64,000 nt of DNA from Carcharhinus longimanus (lineage: Eukaryota). The stretch is from the NCBI GenBank assembly GCA_030264375.1, contig JASCQW010000190.1, forward strand, positions 43,278,870 to 43,342,869. The letters run 5' to 3'. Made by a program: the position numbers and the translations under genes. A model generated the notes under the pieces. It worked only from the letters and a program-made list of their open reading frames with translations, did no database searches and had not been told where the DNA came from. Within the stretch, counting starts at the first letter, position 1, and each line of letters begins with the position of its first letter. Below are positions 23,021 to 36,975 of the stretch, piece after piece.

Positions 23021-25117
23021 ATGCACACTTGTAGAGTTACTTAGTCGATACAGATACCCACGCATGTGGAGTGAACATCCACCAGAAGTCTGCAGAGTAG
23101 ATAAATCACAATGTCAATATAGTGTCCAACACTGATTTGAAGCCTGTATTACAATTTTGGAGATCAACACTGCAGCCAAAGCCCTCCTTAACCATACACA
23201 GCTGAACACATGTTCGGCAACAGAAATGAACCCTTGCCTCCCCCCACCCACCCAAACTCACCCAAGCTATTGGGGCTCATCATCTCTTACAGGTTAGTTG
23301 CTAGTTGACTTTTTCTGATTGTTACTACAATTTTACAAGCATTTGATATTTTTTACAGTTGCTTCAAATTGTGAAAGATTACACAAAGTGAGGAGATAGC
23401 TATTGGCTTCACGGTTTCTGAACAAACTAGTTGCTCCAAGACAGAGGTGCACTGAAAGGTATTTCCCTTGTGGTACAGCATGATTTGGAGAATTGGCAGA
23501 GGGCACAGTGATCAGGGCGAGCTGCTGGAAGAGGGAGGGGGAAAGTGAGCAAGAGAGAGAAAGGCTCTCACAGCAAGAGGCCATATGCATCCAGGGTGTA
23601 CAGTGAGCAATTCTCCTATCTGAACCTCAGTGAGAAACTGTGTCAGATGCCTATCCTTCATCAAAGATACCCTCACAGTGATCTACCACCTGCAGATTTA
23701 AAGTTTAAAGTTTTTAAAGTTTATTTATTAGTGCCACAAGTAGGCTTACATTAACACTGCAATGAAGTTACAGTGAAAATCCCCTAGATTTGAACAGTGG
23801 CGAGATTACTGCTGCAGTTGGTGGGTTATGGTATTTGAAGATGCATTCACTGACCTTGATCACTCATGAGGTCATTGATCTTCTTGTGGCACAACATCCA
23901 GATCTCCAGGGTTTGACTGTCCACCTGAAAACCTTGGAGTCCTCTCTCAAGTCCACTATGTCAGGCTTCCCCCTTTCCCAACACTTGTTCCCGCCACAAT
24001 GCACCTCCCCTTTAAGAAGTGCAATCTAGATTTCCGTGGTGCTAGCCTTGCATAATGCTGAACCCCTGCAGATGTGCCCAGCTAACAACACATTTAGACC
24101 TGGTTGATGTAGATTGTTCAAATGAGTGGGCAGTGAGTAGCCTGCAGTGCCTTCACCTGCGGGCGCAAGTTAACCACACATTGTATTTCGCATACCTATT
24201 ATAGAAGCCTATCCAATTTAACCTCCAATGTAAGCCATCCTATTCTTTTCTCTTTCAATTCTTTCAGTTCACACTGGCATCTTTCTTCATTTCTCATATC
24301 AACCAGGCAGCTTCTGCCAATGCCTGCCCATAGAATGCAGTGACTTATTTCCAGAAACGGGGGAGCTCAGCACTGAGGGGGCAAGATGCCCAGTCCACAA
24401 GTATTTGCCCACCAGCACAAAGCAGATCCACTGCTCAGGCTGGGTCAAACTGGGACAGTTGGCACGTCCATCTAACAGCCATTAAATCAGTGGACTGCTG
24501 CATAACTACAGGGTGCGTATGGCCACCAGGTGCCTGGCTTTCTTTGTGGGCTCGGCCCGATTATGCTGATATGTCACACACAAAAACCTGTGAGTGGGGC
24601 TTGCAATCCAGCAGCTCTACCTCTCTGTGCATTTGTAACATGGCCTGCCAAAAATATTTCTTCAAGCTGAAACTAGTCCAATTCGCAAATCCAGCCCTGG
24701 TACAAACAATAGTTTCACTTTCCAGAGAGGTCATTGCACACACTCGTGGAAACAAGGTTTCAATTTCATAAAACACTAATTAAGCTCCCACCTAGTGTGC
24801 AATTTCTAAAAGAATAAATTCAGAACACGTTATTAAAGCCAAGCTGTTTGTTTCTCATGATTGAATCATGAATCGTGTGCAGCAAGAAGCCATTCTGTCC
24901 ATCAAGTCTGTGTCGGCTCTTTCGGAGATCAACTGCATTAGTTCCAATCCCCAGCTCTTTCCCCACCTCCTTGGATCCTTCTCTTCTCCTCAAGAGCCAA
25001 TAAATGAAGAGAAACTAACCCCACTGCGACCTCAGGCTACAAGGGTGATTTTGAGGTTGAGCAGGCAGTCTTGCCTGTCTGTCCTAGGTGGAGGAAACCT
25101 GGGTCTCCCATCGTTTA

Positions 25118-25905
25118 GAACATAAGAACATAAGAAATAGGAGCAGGAGTAGGCCATCTAGCCCCTCGAGCCTGCCCCGCCATTCAATANNNNNNNNNNN
25201 NNNNNNNNNNNNNNNCTTGAGGCTGTGCCCCCTAGTCCTACTGTCCTTTCTGAGCGGGAAGAGTCTCTCCACCTCTATCCTATCCATCCCAGCTATTTGG
25301 AATTTAAAAGAAAAATATTTTTTCTTTCCGATTTTCCCTCCCAGGCCCTTCACTGGGAAAAATGGAAAGAACAAACAGAGGATAAATGTATACTCTTCAC
25401 AACTGATCACCTTTGCCCAGGAAGGGAATTTTAGATTAAGAAATTAAGCAAGAATCAACGGGCTTTGATTGACAAATAAAACTGGATGAAAAAATGAGCA
25501 CCGTGTGGATTCAACATAAGAACTGGGAGCAGGACTAGGCCATCTGGCCCCTTCAGCCTGTTTTGCCATTCAATAAGATCATGGCTGATCTTTATGTGGA
25601 CTCAGCTCCACTTACCACCCACTCACCATAATTCTTAATTCCTTTACTGTTTAAAAAATTACCTATCCTTGCCTTCAATGAGATAGCCTGAATTGCTTCA
25701 CTAGGCAGGGAATTCCACAGATTCACAACCCATGGGATGAAGAAGTTCCTCCTCAACTCAGTCTTAAATCCGCTCCCCCTTATTTTGAGGCCATGCCCCC
25801 CAGTTCTAGTTTCACCTGCCAGTGGAAACAACTTCTCTGTTTCTATCTTATCTATTCCCTTCATAATCTTACATGTTTCTATAAGATCTCCCCTTTATCC
25901 TCTGA
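25118..25905 (-). mobile_element. Two CR1/HER1 3' fragments (25118-25290 and 25515-25905)
   Basis: GIDKIETEKLFPLAGETRTGGHGLKIRG..RRNFF..VVNLWNSLP. Confidence 0.85.
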
Positions 25906-27304
25906 ATTCAACGAATGAATCAGCCAGAAGTCTCCTTGATAGGAACTGAACATAAGTATTGATCCATCGCTGTGAACTCCTTATAGGGTAAGCAAAGCAA
26001 TTAAACCAGCAGATAGAAAGCTGGAACATATTGCAAGCGCAGTAGAAAGCAGGCCCACAGAGTTAAAGTTTAATGAACCACCAGTTACAATCAGACTTGG
26101 GATTATTGTGTTCAGTTCTGGGCACCATGCCATACAATGAAGGTACAGGCACTGGAAGGATGTAGAGGGTGAAGAACAGCAAGAATTCTCCCAAGTGTAA
26201 ATGAAGGAAGATGAGAAAAATTCAAGCCACGCACTCCAGAAGGTGGCTAAAGGGTGACCTCACCAAGGTATTAAAATGAAACAGACATACAGAAAGTAAA
26301 TATTGCAATTGAGCTAAAAAGGACTTCAGGACACAAATTGAAATAAGGCAAAGTGAACTTAAAATATTAGAAAAAATATATTTGCTAAAAGGACGATTAG
26401 ATTTTGAATCATTCATCTTCCATAATAATGATGCAGGAAGCATGTGATGGGTGCACTGAAGATGAACGCTGACTTCTATCAGGGACTTGTTCTGATGGAC
26501 ACGTGTAACACTGGATGAGAACAGGACTAGGCTCAGCACTAATAGTTCCCATCACTTCCATCAGTCACTCTCTGGCCTCACCTTATGAAGAGATATTGGA
26601 GGGTCACTGGTACATCTGAAACGGAATGACAGAATGGCTCATTCCTTTTTAGCAGAGGAAAGGCCAAAGTCCACTGGAAGAAAATGCCGCACCATTTTTG
26701 CATGACTAATTATTGTAAACATCCTACACCCGTTTCTACTTCCCAGCAACCCTTATGCAATAGAGTTCAGGCAAGTCACTGTGTCACCTGAAGACTGGAA
26801 TCCATGTGTCTGAAAATTATTGCCACTCATCTGAAGGGCAGAGAATTGAGTACAAACGAGGCTATGTTCACAGTGCTGAGGTGAGACTGGGTTTAAAGAC
26901 AGGCAGTGGGAGAGGAATACAGGAGCAGAATGAACAATCTATGCAGCAAAAATCCGACCACAGTTGGGTCGATGTACAGTTTTTCCAAATTGAGTGTAGA
27001 CCGATTGATTCTATTTTCAGTTTTTAACTGCTCACCTATCGGGTCTGATGGCAGTACAACCACACCCGCACTGCAGCAGTTTCATTCGCATTAACTGGAT
27101 ATTTCCAGTAAGAGGGCAGGGAACGGTACAAACATAATATTAACTTAACAGGTACCTGCTGCGTAATTAACTAGAACTGAGAACAAACTACTTATTAAAT
27201 CACCAAAGACATGCTGGTGGGAGATTTTACTGAAGATAGGATGAGTGGTTTCATCAATTAGTGGCTGGATTTTCCTCTGGGGAGAATGTTTTGTGAGTCT
27301 TCCA

Positions 27305-28548
27305 CAGTTTGCAAACTGCAATCCCTGTGCTCGCTGATCTTCATTGGCTCCCTTTGCCTAGATTTAAAAATTCTCGTTCTTGTTTTCAAATCCCTCCAGA
27401 GACTCGTGCCCGCTGCATCCTCCCATCCCCCCTTTCCCTACCTTCTTGTGAACCCCTCCAGCCCCACAACCCTCCTCTAGTTCTGGCCTGTTAGCATTGC
27501 CAACATTAATTGCTGCACCATTGGTGGCCATTCAATTGTCTAGGCAGAAACAGTTCAGAGAAAACTACTGCCAAGAACAACTGGGTTGTCTTATGGGAGA
27601 GGTTGGAGAGGTTAGGTTTGTATCCACTAGAGTTTCAAAGAGTAAGACATGACTTAATTGAAACTTTTAAGATCCTGAGGGGTATTGGCAAGGTCGATGT
27701 GGAGAGGATGTTAACTCTTGTGGGAGAATCTACAATCAGGGGTCATTGTTTAAGGATAAGGGCCTCTCATTCAAGACAGGGATGAGGAGAATCCTCTTTC
27801 TCTCAGAGGATGGTGAGTCTTTGGAACTCCCTTCCTCACAAGGCAGTGGAAGCAGAGTTTTCAAATATTTTTAAGGCAGATAGATTCTTGATTAACAAGG
27901 GGGTGAAAGGTCATTGGGGTAGGCAGGAATGTGGGGTTGAAGTTACAATCAAACCAGCCATGATCTTAAAGTAAAGTTTTAAAAGTTTATTTATTAATCA
28001 CAAGTAAGGCTCACATTAACACTGCAATGAAGTTACTGTGAAATTCCCCTAGTTGTCACATTTCGACACTTGTTCAGGTCAATGCATCTAAACAGCACGT
28101 CTTTCAGACTGAGAGAGGAAACCGGAGCACCTGGAGGAAACGCATGCAAACACAGGGAGAATGTGCAAACTCCACACAGACAGTGATCCAAGCCAGAATT
28201 GAACCCGGGTCTCTGGCACTCTGAGACATCAGTGTTAATCACTGTGCCGCCCCATATCTTATTGAATGGTGGAGTGGGGTTATAGGGCCAAGTGGTCTAC
28301 TCCTGCTCCTAATTCTTATGTTCATACATAGGCTTCAAATTCAGGAATTCTCTTCCTCATATCTCTTTACCCCACCACTTCTCTCTTCTCTTTTAAGACA
28401 CTCCTTAAATCTTATCTCTTTGACCAAGCCTTCAGCCATCTGACTTAGCATCTCGCGCGGCATGGTGTCATTTTCTGCTAATGGTAATGGGAAGCATCTT
28501 GGGACTTTTTGTTAAAATGCTATATTAATACAAGTTGCTGTTGTTGAT
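27305..28548 (+). mobile_element. L2 3' fragment interrupted by CR1 (27590-28325), itself interrupted by an alternative-tail V-SINE (27977-28253, minus)
   Basis: PVLADLHWLP..FKILVLVFKSL (L2); LERLGLYPLEFQRVRHDLIETFKIL (CR1); V-SINE motifs. Confidence 0.75.
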
Positions 28549-29414
28549 AAGGTGCCATAGTATCGGTCCCAGAATTTCACATTGTCGGTACCTAATGTTG
28601 ACGGGCATGGAAAGTACTCACTAAGGACAGGCCATTCTACTGCGGTCAAAATGTGAACCACTTGAATTAGTTAGGAAAGTTAGTGCCTATGGAACACAAT
28701 GTCAAACAGACTCAAGACTGTCAGTATAAGAGGGTGAAAGCTGGCAAGAAAACGCAGGTCAGCGGTGCCAATCCAAACTCTGCAATTCACATATTCACTA
28801 AAAATACCGCTTCCAATCTAGGATTTTACTTTGTTCATCCAATACACCCTCCCATTTTCAATCTATTTTTCCTTATCCACAGATGCTGCTGTGCATTGTA
28901 AAGAAAAAGGGTGACCTGGCATGCTCCAAGGTCTCTCTGCCCAACCTCTTCAAAACAATCAATGCTCAGATTGGAAAAAATTTACGGCAGACCCAACCTA
29001 ACAGGAGTGAGGTATAACAGAGAATATAAGGGAACCGTCAGTGAGATACAGAAAATACCGGCGGATAAGAATGAGTTACACAGAGATTTCAAAATGGCTG
29101 GGCATGAATGCACTGTGAAACAACAACTAGCTTTTTTGGTACCTTTAGGTAAAAAACATACTCTCAAGATACCTCATGACAAAGAATAAAGGATGGTTCA
29201 TATTGTATTATACATCGAGAGGGAATAAAGAACTGCTATGATGTTGGACAGGATGGTCTAATTGTTTTGAGCTTGTCTTAGGGGCACAGATTAATGTCAC
29301 ATTGCTGTTTGCTGCAGGAAGTATGAACGCTGTCACAAATGACCCTCAAGCGAGGTGCTGTGGTCATCTACTAGTAGTTCACGTTAGATTGAAAACCCTT
29401 TGTTAATAGCTCGA

Positions 29415-29640
29415 CAGCAACAACAAATGTATAGCACATTTCAGTCAGTGAAACTTCCCATAGCACGTCACAGGAGCATTACAGAACAAAATCTGACACC
29501 AAGTCCAACTAGAGGGCATTAGAACAGGTGATCAAAAGCTTGATCAAAGCGGTAGGTTTTAAGGTGCAACTTAAAAGGGAGAGAGAGGTGCTAAGATTTA
29601 GGGAGGGAATTCCAAGGCTTAGGGCCTAAGGCAACTGAAT
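29415..29640 (-). mobile_element. L2 LINE 3' end
   Basis: Reverse complement of an L2 tail (..ccttggaattccctccctaaa..cctaccgctttgatcaagcttttg..). Confidence 0.6.
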
Positions 29641-30112
29641 AATATCTCAAGTTAGGAGTGGAATGGTTAAGAAGCTGAACTGAACTGGTTCTACTCTACA
29701 CTCAATTTGGTTGACATCTGGAACAGATGGTGGAGCAACATAGGAGTGGCGGACAACTAATGTGATATGAGAGAGCACTAACATGGCATCTGCCACGTAA
29801 TCAGTGATTTTACTGCTACTAAATTATAGACAGAAGGGGGAGAGACACTGGCTAGACCACAGGGGTGACTTGTACTATGTGGAATTCCTCTAGAAACAGT
29901 CAAAACGTTTCAGGAAATGAAAGGCATCTTTGTGAAAATAACTCTGCTACAGCACACTGCACCACAGAACAGCAAAGCCCCCACTGTATACAACTTGCCA
30001 AGTCACTCCTTTAAAAACAAAAACAAATCTCCGTATCCATCTGTCCTACTGTGCCTGAAAAGTGAGAAGCAAGCTCCTCCTTTTTAAATGTTAATGAAGA
30101 CGGGTTACTTAC

Positions 30113-30427
30113 CTTGTCCTCGGTTTCAATCTATATACTTAAGGCCAATTTGCTTTTCCTTCTGAAGGTCCTCATACTTTAGGCACGGCAATGACAAACC
30201 TCTGGGTGACCAGCCATAGGTTTGCATGCGTGCGGTGCAGAGTTCTCGCTTTCAGCCACGTGGCTGCACAGGGATGTTGTGCCGGACCAAGCGAGGGGGC
30301 AACAAAGAACTGGACATAGGGGTTGCTGCTGGCCCACTTTGTTAGCCTCCAAACAGCAGCCATGAATGCTTGGGAGAAGACCATCTGCCTAACCCTTCCC
30401 CCAGGCTAGCACAAGAGGGGGCTGAAG
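30113..30427 (-). other. Candidate non-coding exon (315 nt)
   Basis: Acceptor attcttttacctgcag and perfect donor AAG|GTAAGT around unique, CpG-retaining sequence; all three frames contain stops. Confidence 0.35.
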
Positions 30428-31867
30428 CTGCAGGTAAAAGAATTTTAAACCTTTCTAAAGAGAGGAATGTGTCCAAACACAAGGCCCTACCATTTGCAAA
30501 CATGCACAATTATCTATACAGACTGTAAATCATTACCTTAAATAAAAATAACCTTTACTGTTATATATGAAACAAGAATAGTCATGTACAGAAATGAATG
30601 GGGATGTTAAAATATGCGCATATAGCTAACGGCACAATCTTAAAGGATTATGGTTAAATATAAATGTTTTACTGATCTTTATTCTGCTTGGTGGTTTTTG
30701 TGTGCAATTTTACTTTAGGTTTAAAACACTTTTACACCAGTATATCCTCTCCTGAAGGGGCTGGATTTAACTGCCCTATAGTTCTACAGGTACCAGTAGT
30801 CCCTGATACTCTCCATGGCCATTCCCCAAGTGGGAATCCAGCCACTTTATGTTTGTTGTGCAATTTTGACCCTAGAGAGGAGCAAAATTGAACACAATCC
30901 AGTTCTCACACAATGGCCATGTGTATGTCCTTCCTTTTTGTTTTAGAAAAGTAAGAGGGGATCGCCTAGAAACTTATAAAATTCTAACAGGGTTAGACAG
31001 GGTAGATTCAGAAAGATCACTATTGGCTCTGGTATCACTTTGTGGTTTAACTTCTTGGGACCTATAGCAACCATTGCTGAAATTACTTGTGGCATTTAGA
31101 CATTTCAAACCTTCTCCCCACACAAGGCTTCCCTGGCTCCTGGCTCCTTCAGCAACCCAGTGCATGGAACTCTCAGCAGCTGCTCCAGTATCCTGCCAAT
31201 AGGTACTTCCGGGCAACAATTCCTATTCCATCCATTCCCACTGCTGAGATGATAGCACTGCCATCCAGAAAAACACAGACCATACAGCCACTAAACAAAA
31301 GAAACTCATTTACTGTGCATAGCAGGTGGATTTGGAAATCAGTTGGTAATCAGAATCGCAGGAGTGGGGAAAGGGTCTTGTGTGGCAGTGCCAAACGGGC
31401 AATAGTGAATCTACAACCTGTACACAGCCACCCAGCATTCTTTTACATTGTACTTCGTGGATTTTTTTTCTCCCCCAAGGCAGGATTCAAATGCTTTGCC
31501 ATGCTGGGGCTGCTCTATTGACAAACCGAGGTAGGAGGTTAAAGGCCAGGGCGCAGATCGCCAGAGTTGCAAAGAGATGAAACAATGCTTCAGTAAAGTT
31601 TATTATTAGAGGCTTAAGTCTTGTGACTATGAAGATCCAAGACTATATCACTGCTGTGTGTGAAGTTAGCAAATCTCACCGTGACCGTACCAGCAACACG
31701 GCAACTGGCTCAGGGAGGGAAAGCTTAGACAGTGCTGCTGTTCGTGACCACCAGCCAGTGACTGGGGGTATGTATTCTCAATGGCTCGTGAAGACAGCAT
31801 CGCTCTCATGTTGCTATGGCCCTCATGACCCCACAGTCAAATAGTTTGATGACACTCCAGCTGATTA

Positions 31868-32010
31868 GTCATGCTAAATTGATCATTAGTGTCAGGGGGA
31901 CTGGCAGGGTAAATACGTAGGGTTACAGAGATAGAGCCTGGGTGGGATTGATGTCAGTGCAGGCTCGATGAGCCAAATGTTCTCCTTCTGCCCTGTAGGG
32001 ATTCTATGAT
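31868..32010 (+). mobile_element. HE1 V-SINE 3' half
   Basis: catgctaaattg..gggattctatg. Confidence 0.85.
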
Positions 32011-32136
32011 TTTATGCCTCACCAGCAATGCTGGATTCCTGAATAAAGGCCTCATGATTGAGACGTTACAGGGAATTTGGCACTTGAAAACTGGAGAGAA
32101 GATAAAAATAAGTGATGAAAATTTAAGAGAAAAATA

Positions 32137-32462
32137 TAGAATCATAGAATCTGCAGTGCAGAAGGAGGTCAGTTGGCCTGTCAAGTCTGCACTGACAACA
32201 ATCACACCCAGGCCTTATCCCCGTAACCCCCCACGTATTTACCCTCCTAATCTCCCTGACACTAAGGGGCAATTTAGTGCAGTCAATCAACTTAACCACA
32301 CATCCTTGGACTGTGGGAGGAAACCAGAGCACCTGGAGGAAACCCACGCAGACACGGGAGAATATGAAAACTCCACACGGACAGTGACCCGAGGCCAGAA
32401 TTGAACTTGCGTCCCCGGCGCTGTGAGGCAACAGTGCTAACCACTGTGTCACCACGCCTCCC
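32137..32462 (-). mobile_element. HE1-type V-SINE
   Basis: Full copy. Confidence 0.9.
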
Positions 32463-34426
32463 ATGTAGGACAGAGGGAGAGAACACTGTAATCCAGGAAG
32501 CAGTAAGAGAGTGAGGCAGGAAGTGGTACGAAGGTGACACTGGACTTGTATGTTTACAAGAATATAAGTTGCGGGATACTGGAAGGCAATTAAATTATCA
32601 GTTTTGAGGCCTGGCAAAATCATGTTGACCTATTGAATAAAGATCCAACCAAAGCACAATATTATAATCAGAGATGCATCACGATCACCTGCTATAGTTT
32701 AATGTTTCAATGACGTGCCTCAAGCAACACTTATGGTCATAAATGCCAAAATATATAGGGTAGCAAAGGCACCCTTCACAACAATGAATAGGTTTCACCT
32801 CATTAATTCACACAATGGAGCCTGCAAGACATTGCTTCCATCATAATAAAGAGATCAAGCCTGAGGTGATTCCATGGAGAAAGAAACGTCTCAGAATAAC
32901 ATTGAATGAGTGTGTTCCATTGGAAATGAAGAGAAAGGAAGTTGGTCAGATGTTATGTCTGCAAGGGGCTGTCAATGCAAGTGCACCTCAAACACTGAAG
33001 GAAGTTTGGGGTCAGCAACATACATATTGCGTACTGTTGCTTAGTAATACAGAACATTTCACCAACTGGAATGATGTTAAAGTAATATCATCACCACTTT
33101 GAGCAATGCTCTATCCTCAGGAGAAATACAGGATTTCCAATGCCAGTAAGACAACTACAGGCAGCTGGGTACCAATTAATTGCTGTATGTCACTGTTCCT
33201 TATCTAAAATCAAAACCATTGTGGCCCAATAGTTTCTTGTTGCTGCAGGAACACACATTAGGAGAGCTGGACACCACAGTGCCTTTTCTCAAAGATTTTG
33301 CTGTCGTACTTTTGGATACAGCCACCTGACATATCCACAAAAGGGGTCTGACGGACTCCGCCAGCCACACACAGAGATCAAGTTCAAATTTTACTCAGCG
33401 TGCAATGCATTTTATGGGAACGTTTTCAGGTGAACTTTCTTTGTTGCACTGGTGGGTGGAAAGGGAATGCCCTCGTGCCCCAGGCTGGCTCCTATGTGTC
33501 GCCAATGTGCAGTGCACATTACAGGTCTCCCACAGCGACTTGAGAAAACTCCAGGCATACACCAGTCTGATGATGAATAAATTATAACCGTGGCAATCAA
33601 TCAAATTTGTCAAGGTGAAATTATTCATCTAAAAATAAATTAAACGGCAGAAGGATTAGGAGAATGGACTTTGACATCGCTTGGTAATTTGTTTTGTATG
33701 TAAATAGCACCCAACTGGCTTCCCAAATCTCAGAGTCCATGCAAGAGCATCGGAAAATGAGATAGTGATCCATTTCCATGTCATATATATTCTTGTGTGG
33801 CTTCTTTCGTAAATCTCTTCAATCCTAACAAAAACACAAAGCAAGCTGCAGCTTTGTTGTCATGGACACTGAACTATATGCTGACAGAATCGGACAGATT
33901 TTATATTAGATTTCACACCTCTGCTACAGCCACAGTGAATTTGGTAGAAGTGCTTTTTTTATTAATAATAGGCACGAGAGCATTTTTAAATGAGAAATAC
34001 TGTTGATTGACAGCATTTGTTAGCTGGGTTATTAAGGGTTACGGAAGCAAAACAGGTAGGTGGAGGTCAGCCGTGATGTAACTGAATGGTGGAATCAGTT
34101 CAAAAGGCTGAGAAAGGCCTAACCCTCTTCCTGTGCTCCATGTCCAAGGTACCACTGGATAGCTCAGTGTGCTGATCCAGTGAGGCATACACACCAGTTT
34201 GTACTGAACTAACTGATCTCACCTGGAGTGCCAACTGTTAGGGTCAGCACTCAATTGCGGATTGGAAGGAAAGAATCACCTGAGATTTCTGTTCCTGATC
34301 ACTGAGGAAGAAGACAAGTAAATGAGAAATGGAAAATGGTACAGCTGCTTCAATCTGATTGTTGACAGCTTGAGCAAATGTCTAAGCAACACTCTGAGTG
34401 TAGTGAGTCTCTTCTAATTCTGTCCA

Positions 34427-34722
34427 GGTGGCACAGTGGATAGCACTGCTGCCTCACAGCGCCAAGGACCCAGGTTCGATTCCTAGCTTGGGTCACTGTC
34501 TGTGTGGAGTCTGCACGTTCTCCCCATGTCTGTGTGGGATTCCTCTGGGTGCTCTGGTTTCCCCCCCACAGTCCGAAAGATGTGCTGGTGAGGCGCATTG
34601 GCCATACTAAATTCTCCCTCAGAGTAGCCAAACAGGCACCGGAGTGTGGCCACTAGGGGATTTTCACAGTAACTTCATTGCAGTGTTAATGTAAACCTAC
34701 TTGTGACACTATTCAATAAACA
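34427..34722 (+). mobile_element. V-SINE, alternative tail (good reference copy)
   Basis: GGTGGCACAGTGGATAGC...CGGAGTGTGGCCACTAGGGGATTTTCACAGTAACTTCATTGCAGTGTTAATGTAAACCTACTTGTGACAC. Confidence 0.9.
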
Positions 34723-34774
34723 TTTAAAACAATGTCCTTTGCTTTCTTCCCCTCCTTGCCAGTTGTCGAAATAG

Positions 34775-35058
34775 AAAATCAGAACTAGAGGTCATAGTTT
34801 GAGATAAGGTGAAGAGAAATTTCTTCACCCAGAGAGCGATGAATGTGTGGAATTCACTGCCACAGAAAGTAGTTGAGGCCAAAATGTTGTGTGATTTCAT
34901 GAAGAAATTGGATGTGGTTCTTGGGCTTAAAGTGATCAAGGATATGGGGGGAAGGCAGGATCAGGATATTGAATTTGATGATCAGCCATGATCAAAATGA
35001 ATGGTGGAGCAGGCTGGGGCTGAATGGTCTACTCCTGCTTCTAGTTTCTATGTTTCTA
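34775..35058 (+). mobile_element. CR1 LINE 3' fragment
   Basis: KRNFFTQRAMNVWNSLPQKVVEAK. Confidence 0.85.
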
Positions 35059-36611
35059 AAAGAAAAGTGATCATTCTTTAGGTGTTTGTGATAATTGGCA
35101 GTACACCCATATTCAGATCTCACCTGATATCCATGCAATCATTACAGGGGCATTTTTTCCCACTTACACATGTTCTCTTCCATTCAGCCTCCAGCCAACA
35201 GCAGGGATTGCCTTTTGAAAATGGATGTTTTCCCCATGTAAAAGCTACTTCCCAAAATGAAAAGATAATAATGCTTCACCAATGTTAACAATGCAGTTGA
35301 TCACTGCAGCTCTTTGATCCATCGAATGCTCCTCCCACACTATTGAGCATTTCCACAGATATCTTCCATCACACCCCTTCCTTGTCTGCATGCACACACT
35401 TCCAAGTATCTGTGGTGTCGTGCCAATGGAAGTTTATTATTCAGCATGATCAGAAGTAGGAAAACTGGATTGATTTCTCTACTTTGAGCCTTGAAGCACT
35501 GCTCCATATTGAGGTATTGTACCAATCCCCAACGGAGATCACGAGGAGTCTAATCTGGAACCTATCTAAAAAAGACATTTTTGTACAAAGGCATTGCAGG
35601 GAAAGCTAGCATTTGATGCCATCCCTGTAATGTTCAACAAAGGTAGTGAGATTACAAGGCCATCCTCTTGAACCTCTGTCAGAAACTCCTGCAGTGCCAG
35701 TACTGAGAGTGTTGTAGGATTGACTTTGTGATAATGAAGAAACAATAAAATATGTCCAAGTCCAGATGGTGTGTGAATTGGAAGGGAAATTGGAGGTAGT
35801 GGTTCCATGCATCTGTTTTCAGCTGATCGGGGGGCTGGGAGATGCTGCTAAATATGCTTTGGTGCTGTACATCCTATAGATGTGTACCCTGCAACCACAT
35901 GACCCACTTGCACACCATATGGACAGCAGTGTTTCAAGGTGGCAGCTCATCAGCACCTTTCAATGGAAATTGGAGATGGGCAATAAATGCTGGCCTTGGA
36001 AGAGCTGCCGACAACTCATGAAGGGATGAAAAGTTTACCACACAATTATTGTTGCCACTTTTAGCCCACAACATTGATAAGGGTGAGAGCGGGCGTTGGT
36101 GAGATCTAAAAACAAACCCTTTCATTTAACTAAAGCAATTGCAAGCACAAAAAACATGGAACTGCTTCTTTTGATCACAATTACAAATTGTTCCTTAATG
36201 ATAGGAAGTAATTTTCCGCTCAAACATACTTTACTGCCAGGAATACTATTCAAAAAGCTTTAAATAAACTAGATTCACAATTGTAAATATGTTCATCAAA
36301 CTGAAGGCTCTTTGTATGTGCTGGAAGCAGCAGGTATTACTTATGTGCCATAGCAAGGAATTACTTTGGCAGAACTCTCTCCCTCAAATTGCTTTTTTGT
36401 CATATTAATTATCATGTCAATTTTCAGATAATTAAACACAAATGTTTCACTCTTTGCCACTTGCTTAAGCCTTGACTTAGATTTATTACTTAGACCCCGA
36501 TCTTATTAACTGTTCTGTACAACTCCCCAGGTACAAGAATTGGGATTTCTACATGGGTGACACTATATTTCCCTATGTAAAACAGCAACTAGTCCGCAAT
36601 TAGTTCCCAAT

Positions 36612-36975
36612 GGGTGGCATAGTGACACAGTGGTAAACACTGCTGCCCCACAGAACCAGAGACCCAGGTTCAATTCCAGCCTTTGGTGACTGCCTGTGTG
36701 GAGTTTGCACGTTCTCCCTATGTCTGCGTGTGTTTCCTCTGGGGGCTCCAGTTTCCACCCGCAGTCCAAAAATGTGCGGGTCAGGTGGATTGACCATGCT
36801 AAATTGCCCCTTAGTAGTCCAAAATGTGTAGGTAAGATGGATTAGCCATGATAAATGTGTGGGATTATAGGGATAGGGCAGGGAAAATAGGGCAGGGTAA
36901 GGTGTTCTGTCAGAATTAGTGCAGATTCAATGGGCCAAATAGCCTCCTTTTGCACTATAGGGATTCTATGATTCT
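36612..36975 (+). mobile_element. HE1-type V-SINE
   Basis: Full copy ending gggattctatgattct. Confidence 0.9.

Noticed and set aside
32006-32623. Recurrent ORFs with QWLALLPHS..GHCLCGVC motifs resembling a Cys-rich protein family
   Set aside because: Translations of HE1/V-SINE copies.
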